64,000 nucleotides of DNA from Eledone cirrhosa (Eukaryota), in contig OZ024748.1 in assembly GCA_964016885.1 (NCBI GenBank), positions 36,580,001-36,644,000 of the forward strand, read 5' to 3'. Each line of letters starts with the position of its first letter. The first letter of the stretch is position 1. This document shows, piece by piece, positions 1 through 13,123 of the stretch. A program made the translations under genes and the position numbers. The notes beneath the pieces were generated by a model, which saw only the letters and a program-made list of their open reading frames with translations, was not told the origin of the DNA and made no database searches.

Positions 1-941
1 CTATCTTAGCAATAACAACAATAACAACAACACACACATCAACTCTCATGTATAGATAAGAAATGTATAACCTGTAAAATAAGCCCCCATATTAACTGTA
101 AAACTAGAAATGTAGTGTATAGCATAAGATGTACTGAAGGACAATGTAGAAACAAAAATATAGTGTACATAGGTGAGACAGCTCGTAGTATAGGGGAACG
201 AATAAATGAACACTGGCGAGACCTCCAAGATAATAAAGAATCATCTGTGCTCTACCAACATGCTAAGATAGAACACAGGGGTAGATTAGAGAGCATAGAA
301 ATAAAAATAGAATCCACACACAGAAAAGACGCAATGTTTAGGCAAATTACAGAGGCAGTAAGCATAAAAGAATTAAAACCAAAATTAAATAGAAAATATG
401 AGTGGAACAGCAACATCACAACTTACAATTAAGGACAAAATGAAAAAACACACACACATAGAACAAACAACTTACAATTGAAAACACACACAAAATGAAA
501 ACACACACAGGACAAAATGAAAACACACACACACATAGAACAAACAACCAACCAACAATAAATAAATAAATAAATAAACAAATAGAAAAATATAAATAGA
601 AAAATAGAAAAATGAACACAAACACACACAGACACCCGGATGTGGCGCATGCGCAAACTGAGCACACAACACACACACAGAAACAAAATGGCGTAGGATA
701 GAAGAAAGGAAAGGCACAGAAACGAAGAAAGGAATCCCCAGTCACTGAAGAGGTCACAGAGTGTGTGACGAAAGGACTATGACTATATATATAAACAACT
801 ATCTGGTTGTGGAACCAACCAACCAACCAGAAATTTATAAGTTTGTAAATTTCTAAGTTTATAAATATATAATAAATTGAAGTGAAAGCAACTGGTGCGT
901 GTGTTTCTTATTGGCAACATGACCCTCCCAAAGTATAACAA
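1..941 (+). mobile_element. Penelope-like element, 3' part: GIY-YIG endonuclease remnant (about 45-432) plus pseudo-LTR
   Basis: ORF 115-432 (YSIRCTEGQC...VYIGETARSIGER...RQITEAVSI...KLNRKYEW) matches the C-terminus of the 16033-19665 ORF. The element ends with a copy of the ORF start (ATGACCCTCCCAAAGTATAACAAT = MTLPKYNN, 919-942) running into (TA)n, the usual pLTR layout. Confidence 0.9.
740..784 (+). ncRNA. Minimal type I hammerhead ribozyme in the PLE pLTR
   Basis: AGTCA-CTGAAGA-G-GTCAC(agagtgt)GTGAC-GAA-AGGACT-A-TGACT: stem I AGTCA/TGACT, CUGANGA and GAAA cores, 5-bp stem II, minimal stem III, UA cleavage site. Confidence 0.8.
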
Positions 942-1014
942 TATATATATATATATATTATACATATATATATATATAATACATATATATATAATACATA
1001 TATATATAATACAT

Positions 1015-1088
<74 letters not shown>

Positions 1089-1130
1089 GGATCAAAGTGA
1101 TTATGAGGTAAATAAATAATAAATAGTTAC

Positions 1131-1219
1131 CTGTTTCTTAATCTGGTTGAGAATGTCTGTAATACAATGGTAGTAAAATGGGTGTACGTTGTTAAACATA
1201 CTGTCTTCTCTTTTAGAAC
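1131..1219 (-). CDS. BCAP/PIK3AP1-like gene, putative coding exon 5
   Basis: ttcctattag| acceptor and |gtaact donor; 89 nt, phase 1 to 0, open (GSKREDSMFNNVHPFYYHCITDILNQIKKQ); phase-compatible with exon 2405-2554. No recognisable homology by itself. Confidence 0.55.
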
Positions 1220-1262
1220 CTAATAGGAATAGATATACAGGATGGTGACAATGTCTGAGTAG

Positions 1263-2012
1263 AGTGGTGGTGTAGTGGTGGTGGTTGTGGTGGTTTTGGT
1301 GGTGTAGTGGTGGTGTTAGTGGTGGTGTTGGTGGTGGTGTAGTGGTGATGGTAGTGATGGTGTTGGAGGTGGTGGTGGTGGTGGTAGTGGTGGCGGTGGT
1401 GGTGGTAGTGGTGGTGGTGGTGTAGTGGTGGTGGTGGTGTAGAGGTGGTAGTAGTGTAGAGGTGGTAGTAGTGGTGGTGGTGGTGGTGGTGTAGTGGTGG
1501 TGGTATTGGCAGTGGTGGTGGTGGTGGTGCTGGTGTAGTCGTTGTGGTGGTGTGGTTGTGGCGGTGTAGTGGTGGTAGTAGAGGTGGTGTTGATGGTAGT
1601 GTAGTGGTGGCGGTGGTGGTGGTGGTGTTGGTGGTGGTGGTGGTGGCGGAGTGGTGGTGGTGGTTGTGGTAGTGGTGGTGGTGGTGTAGTGGTGGTGGTA
1701 GTGGTGGTGTTGGTGTTGGTGGTAGCGGTGGTGGTGTAATGGTGGTGGTGGTGGTGGTGTAGTGGTGGTGGTAGTGGTGGTGGTGGTGGTGATGGTGGTG
1801 GTTGTGTAATGGTGGTGGTGTTGGTGGTAGTGGTGGTGTTGGTGGTGGTGTAGTGGTGGCGTTGGTGGTGGTGGTGTTGGTGGTGGTGTAGTGGTGGTTG
1901 TGGTGGTGTAGTGGTGGTGGTGGTGGTGGTGGTGTTGGCAGTGGTGGTGGTGGCGGAGTGGTGGTAGTGTAGTGGTGGTTGGGGGTATGTTGGCGTTGGT
2001 GGTGGTGGAGTG
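1263..2012. repeat. Degenerate (GGT/ACC)n trinucleotide tract
   Basis: About 750 nt of GGT/AGT/TGT triplets; source of the spurious poly-T/P/H ORFs. Confidence 0.95.
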
Positions 2013-2404
2013 GAACATTGATGGCGGTGGGACAATCTCTAGAAACCAGAGTTATGCCCCTTACATCTTTTAGTTAGTTTCTATGTATGCAACATTGACT
2101 GCTGACAGAATGTCTCCGTCGAAGACAGACAGACACACAGACGCAGACACACAGACACACACAGACACACACACACACACATATATACACTCAAACATAC
2201 ATACACACACATATATACACACATACACATACACACACATCCATACACACGCACACACACACACGCACACACACACACACACGCACACGCATACACACAC
2301 ACATACACACACACACATATATATGTGTATGTGAGTGGATGCGTGTGTTTATGTGAAGATATACATACATATGCAAGACAGTGTAGATCCTCAAATGAGC
2401 TTAC

Positions 2405-2554
2405 CGCTTTTGTCTAGTTGAGCATTTAAGTAAGAAGTAGCGATGGCGTTCATTAATGAAGCATTAGTTCTTATGGTAATATATGTAGAAAAGATTGGTG
2501 ACGATTCAGCTTCTTCGTACAACGTCGCCTTGTAATCCCCGCCAGACATTTCTC
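2405..2554 (-). CDS. BCAP/PIK3AP1-like gene, coding exon 4 (second half of DBB/TIG-like domain)
   Basis: ttcaatccag| acceptor and |gtaagc donor; 150 nt, phase 1 to 1; (R)EMSGGDYKATLYEEAESSPIFSTYITIRTNASLMNAIATSYL continues the DBB-like segment in frame. Confidence 0.7.
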
Positions 2555-2622
2555 CTGGATTGAACAACAATATCATACATATATATATTCCCGAGAATAA
2601 AAAAAAAAAAAAAAACTTACTT

Positions 2623-2660
<38 letters not shown>

Positions 2661-3109
2661 GGATACTATTTATGGCTATGTATATTTTAAACTTTTTATA
2701 GTTATGTATATTTCAAACCCTAAACAGGGAAGGTCAGTAATTTATTACTACCTTATTACCAGTAAGATAAATAGCTCAATATAATACCGTCAGTTGTTCT
2801 ACAGAGCAGTTATATAGAATTCACAAGAATAAAAGCTATGTTCAAAGCATTTATTCACTTACAATTGTTTCATCCAAACCTAGGGTTGGGATCTTCGGAG
2901 CATTTTTCAATGTTTGTACACATAATTGACCTTTCCAACGCAAGAGACATACAGATACATATATATATATATATTGATGTACAGTGGAGTGACATATATT
3001 ATACTATATTATTTCTGTATAGCAATTCAAATTCAAAATCAAAATCAAAATTAAAATTAAAACAAAATTTACAGTGTGGGCTGGGTGCTTTTTTTGCCGT
3101 GGCACCTTC

Positions 3110-3296
3110 ACGACCACTTTGTAGTGGAATGATAGGGACCCCAGTCCCTATCATCTCATTTCTACAACTGAGTAAACTGGAGCAATGTGAAATAAAGTGT
3201 CTTGCTCAAGGAAACAACACATCACCCGGTCTGAGAATTGAACTCACAACCTTTCGATTGCAAAGCCAATGCTCTAACCACTGAGACATGTGCCTC
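3110..3296 (-). mobile_element. tRNA-derived SINE, family A (CORE/V-like central box)
   Basis: Minus strand has an A box (CTCAGTGGTTAGAGC), a B box (GAGTTCAATTC) and CCTTGAGCAAGACACTTTATTTCAC, shared with the copies at 5428, 8438 and 51090. Confidence 0.8.
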
Positions 3297-3313
3297 CATA
3301 TACACACATAGAT

Positions 3314-3522
3314 ATAGGAAAAATATTCAGGACCCGGACGGCTGAGCTCCGGCCGTTTCAACAGCTATTTCTGAATGGCGTTCAGTTCAGAAATAGCTGT
3401 CGAAAAGGCCGGAGCTCAGCCGTCGGGGTCCTGATTCTTTTCCTATTACCTACTCTACTACCCATAGTATCGAGTAATCTGGTGCGTTATGGTCCACCTG
3501 GTTCCTTATCACACTTCCATCG

Positions 3523-3528
<6 letters not shown>
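3314..3528 (+). mobile_element. Fold-back non-coding element, family H1, copy 1 (half hammerhead)
   Basis: Inverted repeat 3314-3446 followed by a unique tail into (TA)n; homologous to 14033-14228 and 37479-37635. Confidence 0.8.
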
Positions 3529-3583
<55 letters not shown>

Positions 3584-3699
3584 CATATATACCTATATAT
3601 ATATATATATATACATATATACCTATATATATATATATATATACATATATACCTATATATATATATACATATATACATATATATATACATATATATACC

Positions 3700-3785
<86 letters not shown>

Positions 3786-3795
3786 GATATATACC

Positions 3796-3835
<40 letters not shown>

Positions 3836-3967
3836 GATATATACCTATATATATATATATATATATACCTATATATATATATATATATATACCTATATAT
3901 ATATATATATATATACCTATATATATATATATATATATATACCTATATATATATATATATATATATA

Positions 3968-4009
<42 letters not shown>

Positions 4010-4017
4010 TATATACC

Positions 4018-4057
<40 letters not shown>

Positions 4058-4107
4058 CATATATACCTATATATATACATATATATATATAGATATATAC
4101 CTATATA

Positions 4108-4139
<32 letters not shown>

Positions 4140-4157
4140 GATATATATACCTATATA

Positions 4158-4189
<32 letters not shown>

Positions 4190-4209
4190 GATATATATAC
4201 CTATATACA

Positions 4210-4241
<32 letters not shown>

Positions 4242-4306
4242 GATATATATACCTATATACATATATATATATATATATATACCTATATACATATACATGT
4301 ACATAT

Positions 4307-4340
<34 letters not shown>

Positions 4341-4362
4341 ATATATACATATACATATACAT

Positions 4363-4420
<58 letters not shown>

Positions 4421-4430
4421 ATACATATAC

Positions 4431-4465
<35 letters not shown>

Positions 4466-4595
4466 CATATACATGTACATATATACATATACATGTACAT
4501 ATATACATATACATGTACATATATATATATACATGTACATATATATATATACATGTACATATATATACATGTACATATATATATATATATATATA
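3529..4595. repeat. About 1.07 kb interrupted (TA)n microsatellite
   Basis: (TA)n with recurring TACC, TAGA and TACA interruptions. Confidence 0.97.
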
Positions 4596-5102
4596 AAATA
4601 CGTATTTAAGAAAGCCACAACAATGCAGAGGGAAATCTCGAGGTAGGAAGTGAAAGATAGATAGGAAAAACAGGTGAAAGTGAAAATTGAGAGAGACAAA
4701 GATGAAAACAAAACAAAGGTAGAAGGGTTACCGTAGTAGAGATTTAATCCCAATATTTCGGGCTCACGGCCATCAACGGGGGAAGTTCCAAAAGGGGGGG
4801 GGACAGGCCAAGCGGAGAAAGTTGTGATGTCGTTAAGAACTTTCTCCGCTTGGCCTGTTCACCCCATTTTGGAACTTTCCCCCGTTGATGGGCGTGAGCC
4901 CGAAATATTGGGATTAAATCTCTACTACGGTAACCCTTCTACCTTTGTTTTGTTTTCATCTTTGTCTCTCTCAATTTTCACTTTCACCTGTTTTTCCTAT
5001 CTATCTTTCACTTCCTACCTCGAGATTTCCCTCTGCATTGTTGTGGCTTTCTTAAATACGTATTTTACACATTTCACAATGCTTCAAGCAAACTTTAACA
5101 CC

Positions 5103-5106
<4 letters not shown>
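4596..5106. mobile_element. Long fold-back element between (TA)n tracts (about 228-bp arms, 14-nt spacer)
   Basis: 4596-4823 is the near-perfect reverse complement of 4838-5066; the right arm extends about 40 nt further before (TA)n. Confidence 0.8.
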
Positions 5107-5138
<32 letters not shown>

Positions 5139-5141
<3 letters not shown>

Positions 5142-5400
5142 ACAATATTTTCGAAACAGCGAGTGGATTTGAAATTATTAGAAATGTTAGCTATCGCCGT
5201 ATTTTGACTAAAGAAATTAAAGAAATTATTTAGCCTGATAGTGGGGTTAAGAACCCTCGAAGATGAGTATTGACGTACATGTACGTCAATACTCATCTTT
5301 TTCCATTTCTCCGAGGGTTCTTAACCCCACTATCAGGCTAAATAATTTCTTTAATTTCTTTAGTCAAAATACGGCGATAGCTAACATTTCTAATAATATT
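5139..5400. mobile_element. Fold-back element between (TA)n tracts with a 40-bp central palindrome
   Basis: Arms 5174-5259 and about 5312-5397 are reverse complements; perfect palindrome 5260-5299 centred on ACGTACATGTACGT. Confidence 0.8.
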
Positions 5401-5427
5401 TATATATATATATATATAAAAGTGGTT

Positions 5428-5694
5428 GTGTGTATCTGAAGGCGCATTACTTATTATCATGAGGTTGTGAGTTCGATTCTCAGATCAGGTATTGTGCTTG
5501 AGCAAGACATTTTATTTCACATTATTCCAGTTTACTTACCTGTAGAAATGAGTTGCGACATCACTGGTGCTAAGCTGTATCGGCCATTGCCTTTCCCTTT
5601 GTGGCGTGGCGAGGTAAGAATGGTATGCATGCATGTCTGTTGGTCTAACACAAACAACCTTACCAAGACTTGTGCCTCGGAACAAGGGCTCTAG
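5428..5694 (+). mobile_element. tRNA-derived SINE, family A (5' degraded)
   Basis: B box GAGTTCGATTC and CTTGAGCAAGACA; the 3' body (AACAACCTT..AGACTTG..CCTCGG) is shared with 8438-8800. Confidence 0.75.
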
Positions 5695-5841
5695 AAGGGC
5701 TCTAGACAAACTAAAATTTAATATTAAAATAGTTAAAAAACCAGGTATTCCCATAAATGCCCTAATTAATAGAACATATCCTTTTGAAAAAAATACAAAA
5801 ATAAACCCTGTATTGACAAGAAATGTATAGTCTGTAAATTA
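5693..5841 (+). mobile_element. Small Penelope-like element fragment (linker before GIY-YIG)
   Basis: RRALDKLKFNIKIVKKPGIPINALINRTYPF matches RKALRKTHLKIKVVEKPGTTIKSLISKTYPF in the 16033-19665 ORF. Confidence 0.8.
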
Positions 5842-5905
5842 TATATTTATACACTCATACACACACACATGCACATACACACACACATACACACACACAC
5901 ACACG

Positions 5906-7047
<1,142 letters not shown>

Positions 7048-7384
7048 CCACATGGCTAAATAGAGGATAAACTCACCAATGAAATGTTTCGATATTATTG
7101 AGGTTAACAATGTTTTAACTCGTACTGACATATGTTCAAATATCATCGCTTAAACTGTAACTAAAAGAGGTTTTCTCCTAAAATATTTAATATCTTCACA
7201 TCTATTTTCTCTTACCAAGATACCATCTGATTTAAATGAATAATAGAATCTAAAAAGCAGATGTCAATAGCAGTCTTTAAACTCTACTCCAAATGTTAAA
7301 AGTATTTAGGATCTTTCATAAAGTCTGTTTTTGTTTTCTACGTAATTCGTGAATAAAACATAAAAATCTATGTCCAAAACTTAC

Positions 7385-7514
7385 GTGGGAGTGTACAGGT
7401 TAGAAGGTTTTCAGCACATGGAGTTATTGGAAGACGCTTAGGATAATTTTCCAATTTTATTGTATATTCAATGTTTTCTTTCTTCTTGAATGCTATATAC
7501 AAGGTCTGCTGATT
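7385..7514 (-). CDS. BCAP/PIK3AP1-like gene, coding exon 3 (DBB/TIG-like)
   Basis: cttactggcag| acceptor and |gtaagt donor; 130 nt, phase 0 to 1; NQQTLYIAFKKKENIEYTIKLENYPKRLPITPCAENLLTCTLP, open and in phase with both neighbours. Confidence 0.75.
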
Positions 7515-8437
7515 CTGCCAGTAAGAAGATTATTAAATATTTCATCTCTCATATAAACTGGAACTCGTAATCCAAATATATAAACAATATTCTCAGCATA
7601 GGAAATACATATAGTAACAAGTAATAGTCTAAGTAAATCAGTTATATATGTATTGTAATTTTAATATTTTACATGCGTTAATAATCAATCTAAACTACTA
7701 TCTTCTACTTTCGAATGTATCACATAGCTATATATCAGGTATGTCTGGAACTGGAACTCCTTGTGGTGTCGTAGGGGCACCGTGGTGACATACCACGTGT
7801 CTTGGCTATTTTAAACCTAGTGAAATCCATCACCCCCCTCTCTCTCTTTCTCTCTAAACGTAATCTATTTCTTCGAAGTGAGAAAGAATGAGATATAGAG
7901 GAGGAATTGACACCGGTACTAGACTGATACATTTTTTATCGATCTCACAAAAGATAAAAGGCAGTGAGCCAATATAGCAAATCAATCGATCCGATTTTCT
8001 TAACATTCCACCATTTTTTCCGCTTAACTATTAGATAAGGCAAACGTAAAAGAGAAAAGGGCCGGGACAGGGGTGCCGAAAATTAGAAAGAAAAGCCTAC
8101 ACTGTTATGAAATACAATATTTCCTACTTGAATAACAGACCTTTAGATCGCACCTAATCGTTCGGCCAAGTTCTTGCATCCGATGGATGTGGGTGACCAG
8201 GGTTGATCTGGGGTTACACAACAACAATAACCAAAGAACGTTTGACTGTAAATCATATCCTGTATAAACCGTGTTGTCTGGTCGTTAGTTTACTGTTACA
8301 ATTAATTTTGTTTCAAGTAATTAACTGATTAATCTTATATATCTGTTCATATACACAATTATTCGTATTCTTATGCTATTTATTATTCGGTATTAATGTG
8401 ACCAGGCATTATCTTTATACTATATTTTATATAGAAG

Positions 8438-8800
8438 AAGGCACATGGCTTAGTGGTTAGAGCGTTGGGCTTGCAATCGTGAGAAAGAGAGTTCGATTCT
8501 CAGATCGGGTGATGCGGTGTATCTTTGAGCAAGACACTTTATTTTTCAGTTTACTTAGCTTTAGAAATGAGTTACGTCATTGGTGCCAAGCTGTAACGGT
8601 CATTGTCTTTCTCTTGTACAACATTGGTGACGTGGAGAAAGGAGGCTGGTATGCATGGGTGACTGCTGGTCTTCCAAAGACAACCTTGCCGAGACTTGCA
8701 CCTCGGAGGAGAACATTCTAGATATAAATCTCATGGTCATTAGTGACCGAGGGGGGGGGGCTTTAACCTTTACACGTGACAGTCATAGCTATCTAGTTTC
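8438..8800 (+). mobile_element. tRNA-derived SINE, family A (near full length)
   Basis: A box TGGCTTAGTGGTTAGAGCG, B box GAGTTCGATTC, TTTGAGCAAGACACTTTATTT. Confidence 0.85.
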
Positions 8801-8883
8801 AACTATTATATTTTGTCAAGTTCTATTGCAGTACTAATTATGTAACATGAATTAGAATTATTTAATATAATTTCTATACTTAC

Positions 8884-9320
8884 AGAATGCATGATTTGAG
8901 GAAACATATGATATTCTATCTCGGATTCATCGATAACAGAATATTTCTCTGGGTTGAACTCTTCACAGAGATTAATAATCGATGACAAGATATTTCTCAC
9001 AGTGTCAGTCTCTTGGTTAATTTCTTCCAAACACTTTACGTTTAAATATTTATATTTTTCCAGAAACATATGTATGTCAACGGAACAATACAGTACAATA
9101 TAAACACCGATGCATTCTAACAAAATATTGTTTGATGCCAACTCATTTTCCATAACAGGAGTAAGAATCAGTACTTTAATAAGGTACTTGTTGATGAAAG
9201 ATTTACGAGAGTTCGTAAAGGGAATACTCTCTACTTCGATTCCATATGTCTCAGAAGACAGATGTTCAGATAAATATTCCGCCCAGTCTTTTCCGTCAGA
9301 GGCGTAGATAAATAAGACTT
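8884..9320 (-). CDS. BCAP/PIK3AP1/BANK1-like gene, coding exon 2 (TIR-like domain)
   Basis: tatttttgcag| acceptor and |gtaagt donor; 437 nt; VLFIYASDGKDWAEYLSEHL...KVLILTP...IVLYCSV resembles the BCAP/BANK N-terminal TIR (ILIVYSPDAEEWCQYL, from memory). Confidence 0.8.
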
Positions 9321-9404
9321 CTGCAAAAATAGTGAATAGGAAAGAAAATGTACACATACACACATGTACATATACACACATATATACATACACACACATG
9401 CACG

Positions 9405-9457
<53 letters not shown>

Positions 9458-9497
9458 AAGAACACAAGAGCGTCTACAACATCAAAAGATTTTTATT

Positions 9498-9546
9498 GGC
9501 TAACAATGTTTCTTCCTTACGTGTAACCGTAGGATTCATCAGAGCT
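9498..9546 (-). ncRNA. Type I hammerhead ribozyme in a roughly 300-nt element (9453-9750) between (TA)n tracts
   Basis: Minus strand: GCT-CTGATGA-A-TCCTACG(gttaca)CGTaAGGA-A-GAA-ACATTGT-T-AGC, followed by AATAAA; stem I only 3 bp. Confidence 0.65.
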
Positions 9547-9750
9547 ATAAAAGGGGTTTGATTGGTGTTATGGACTCTACCAACCAAACACCCAAGAACA
9601 AAGAGTAAAGAGAGTAAAGAGCAAAAGTAGGGGACGATAAGTCTAATTTTGGTGCGGGAGGGTGGGGTGTTGGTCCTTGTTTACTAGCTGCGGTCATATT
9701 CATTCCCGGGAGTCGGGTGGTTAGCTGAACCATAGATGGGGTGGCGTTTT

Positions 9751-9810
<60 letters not shown>

Positions 9811-10046
9811 CACGCATATATATATGTGTATATATACACATATATATATATATGTGTATATGTATGTGTGTGTGTATATGTATATATGTGTGTGTGTGTA
9901 TGTATATGTGTGTGCGTGTGCATGTGTGTCTGTTTAGATTTGTTGTTTACAAAAGTAACTAGCAGATAGGTGGATAAGACCGAGTAAATACTTTGAAGGT
10001 AATACTCCAGCCTGGCCGCAGTGGTATAATATAAGAATTTACTTAC

Positions 10047-10074
10047 TTGACTTATTTAATTCCGATTCTGCCAT
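10047..10074 (-). CDS. BCAP/PIK3AP1-like gene, putative first coding exon
   Basis: gacATGG Kozak context, MAESELNKS plus 1 nt then |gtaagt; phase 1 joins exon 2 to give ...NKSKVLFIYASDG. Confidence 0.65.
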
Positions 10075-10171
10075 GTCTACTTCTTTAGGTCTGGGTTAAT
10101 TTGAAGTCAATATTTCTGGCTATCGTCCTCCGCTCTTATATATATAAACTCTCAAACACACACACACACAC

Positions 10172-10220
<49 letters not shown>

Positions 10221-10303
10221 CGCACACACGCGCGCGCATACACACGTGTGTGTGTAAATAGAGGTAGTTAGAGAGAGGCAGGAGAGAGAGACAGAGAGAG
10301 GGG

Positions 10304-10354
<51 letters not shown>

Positions 10355-10676
10355 TATTATATATACTTTCAGGTAATTCCACAGTGTAATATAATTTCCA
10401 GGTGAATTCCACTTAGTCAGTGCAGCATCAAATCACTCTCAGCCAAGCCGGATACGGATTAAATATCTTCATAATTCCTTTATTCTCTTTATTCTGTTTT
10501 TTAATGTTTTCATTGACCTGATTGCCAGCCTACCGGATAGTCGTTAAAGGTGACTCGTCCCTGATAATATCGACTGCAGCAAATAAAGCAAAGAAGCAGA
10601 AAGAAGGTTTATGGCGGTGACACATTATCCCTGAAAACGTATGAACAATTGATTTAGATGGGTTACACATACACAT

Positions 10677-10742
<66 letters not shown>

Positions 10743-10874
10743 AATGAGTTATTTAATTTGTTGATTATTCAACAAAGTTAATTTATAACAGATTAGAAGC
10801 ACTCAACAGTTTTTGTGGAGTATATATATATCAATAATATTAATAAATGGAGACTATCTTTATAAAACCATATT

Positions 10875-10935
10875 TATTTTATTATACATATTTCAAGGGT
10901 ACGAGTATTTTGGTACGCTATCGTCAGATAAAATA
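10875..10935 (-). ncRNA. Type I hammerhead ribozyme (left arm, core intact)
   Basis: TATTTTAT-CTGACGA-[stem II with GTAC...GTAC]-GAA-ATATGTAT-A-ATAAAATA; 8-bp stem I. Confidence 0.7.
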
Positions 10936-11044
10936 CAATATTTGGTTTACAGATAATGACATATCGACGTATGAACTTAATGTTATTGAACTCAAAACAT
11001 TAAGTTCATACGTCGATATGTCATTATCTGTAAACCAAATATTG

Positions 11045-11105
11045 TATTTTATCTGACGATAGCGTACCAGCACACTGGTACCCTTGACATATGTATAATA
11101 AAATA
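11045..11105 (+). ncRNA. Type I hammerhead ribozyme (right arm, GAAA mutated to GACA)
   Basis: TATTTTAT-CTGACGA-tagc-GTACCAG(caca)CTGGTAC-cctt-GAC-ATATGTAT-A-ATAAAATA. Confidence 0.6.
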
Positions 11106-11136
11106 AATATGGTTTTATAAAGATAGTCTCCATTTA

Positions 11137-11217
<81 letters not shown>

Positions 11218-11741
11218 TGAATATATGAAAGGGATCAACACCGATACAACTATACATGTGTTCGAATTGCAAATTACCAAGTTAGCTAGGTTGGAAAATA
11301 CTAATTTAAAACAGTATGGTTTGTCTGTCTCGATTTAAAGATAACAAACCTATATCGGGTAACTGCCGTTTGATACCCGGACAGATCTAAATCTGTTTCG
11401 CAAGAATTATTAAGTGAAAGCCACCATTCCTGTGCTCTTCTGCGGGTATTCAGGAAATTCGTACCTTTCACTTCAAAAGATCTAAGAAGACTGAACTATG
11501 TGTTGATTTAAAAGCACATGTTGCAGCGCCTAGCGCGTCTCATATTCGTGCCGCTAAAAATAACAGCCGGTTTTATGGGACTAAAGTTAGCTCTACGTAT
11601 GGAGCCGAGAATATCATATATTGAGTTAGAAACTCGAAATAGTCTTTTACAATTAAATAGATCAAGGAAGGGAATCTTTCCGAGCCGTGTGTTCCCTTCT
11701 TGAGCTATTTAATTGTAAAAGACTATTTTCAGTTTCTAGCT

Positions 11742-11832
<91 letters not shown>

Positions 11833-11835
<3 letters not shown>

Positions 11836-13123
11836 GAATAAAGTGGTCCTTCATCAGTGATCTTCCAACAATCATCGGTATTCCTTCGCTTTAAAGACCA
11901 TATACCTCCGGTTGGTGCGAGCAACGGCTAAACAAAGTCGTTGGGACATGTAAATAAAGGGAACAGCGAGAGTGTAAACAAACAAAGATGGTGAAGCAAC
12001 GAAAAGTGAAGAAGAACGAGTCAAGTTCCAAATTTCCATGAATATAAGTTCGGTGAAATCGTAGACGAGAGAGAATAAAGACCATCAAACCTGGTTGGAA
12101 TGTGAGCAAGGAAGGAATTCCGCACAGGTCTAACGGGAGGAAGAAGGAATCTAGTCTGTGAATTCGGTGAACATAAGTTCTGTGAAATCGTAGACGAGAG
12201 AGAGAAAAAAGGAGAAGCAGCCTGACCAAGCGTGCGAAAGAAAAGAATTACGCACAGGTCAAACGGGAAGAAGGAGGAGGAGGAGAGGTAGTAACAGAGA
12301 GTGAGTGAGTGAAGGGTGAGGAAGAGGCTAACAGAGAGAGTGACTGTTAGAGAGGGTAAAGATACAGGGAAAGAGGAAGCAGTAAGAACGAAATAGACGG
12401 GTCACAGCGGGGGAAGCATAAGTGTAAATATGAGAATAAACGTGCTGCGTGGTTGCTAATGGGTTACATATGAATAAAGTGGTCCTTCATCAGTGATCTT
12501 CCAACCATCATAGGTATTGCTTCGCTTTAAAGACCATATACCTCCGGTTGGTGCGAGCAACGGCTAAAAAACGTCGTTGGGACACGTAAATAAAGGGAAC
12601 AGCGAGAGTGTAAACAAACAAAGATGGTGAAGCATGGAAGATCACTCCTCCTTCTTCCCGTTTGACCTGTGCGTAATTCTTTTCTTTCGCACGCTTGGTC
12701 AGGCTGGTTCACCGTTTTTTTCTCTCTCGTCTACGATTTCACAGAACTTATGTTTACCGAATTTACAGACTAGACCCTTCTTCCTCCCATTAGACCTGTG
12801 CGGAATTCCTTCCTTGCTCACATTCCAACCAGGTTTGATGGTCTTTATTCTCTCTCGTTCACGATTTCACCGAACTTATATTCATGGAAATTTGGGACTT
12901 GACTCGTTCTTCCTCACTTTTCGTTGCTTCACCATCTTTGTTTGTTTACACTCTCGCTGTTCCCTTTATTTACGTGTCCCAACGACTTTTTTTAGCCGTT
13001 GCTCGCACCAACCGGAGGTATATGGTCTTTAAAGCGAAGCAATACCGATGATGGTTGGAAGATCACTGATGAAGGACCACTTTATTCATATGTAACCCAT
13101 TTGCAACCAGGCAGCACGTTTAT

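Larger units (their letters stand above)
10834..11146. mobile_element. Fold-back element (about 150-bp arms, 11-nt spacer) with a hammerhead in each arm
   Basis: 10834-10984 is the reverse complement of 10996-11146; flanked by (TA)n. Confidence 0.85.

Noticed and set aside
2698-2745. Minus-strand hammerhead-like motif CTGACCT..GAAATATACATA
   Set aside because: The core is mutated at two invariant positions and stem I does not pair; too decayed to call.
3290-4609. 439-aa ORF and the many [12 protein letters not shown]/poly-L ORFs
   Set aside because: These are translations of stop-free microsatellites.
7077-7227. Extra BCAP-like exon ending in G|gtgagt
   Set aside because: All frames from the plausible acceptors contain stops; at most a decayed duplicate exon.
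8438-8512. tRNA gene
   Set aside because: The A/B boxes continue into a SINE body repeated elsewhere in the window, and there is no proper acceptor stem.
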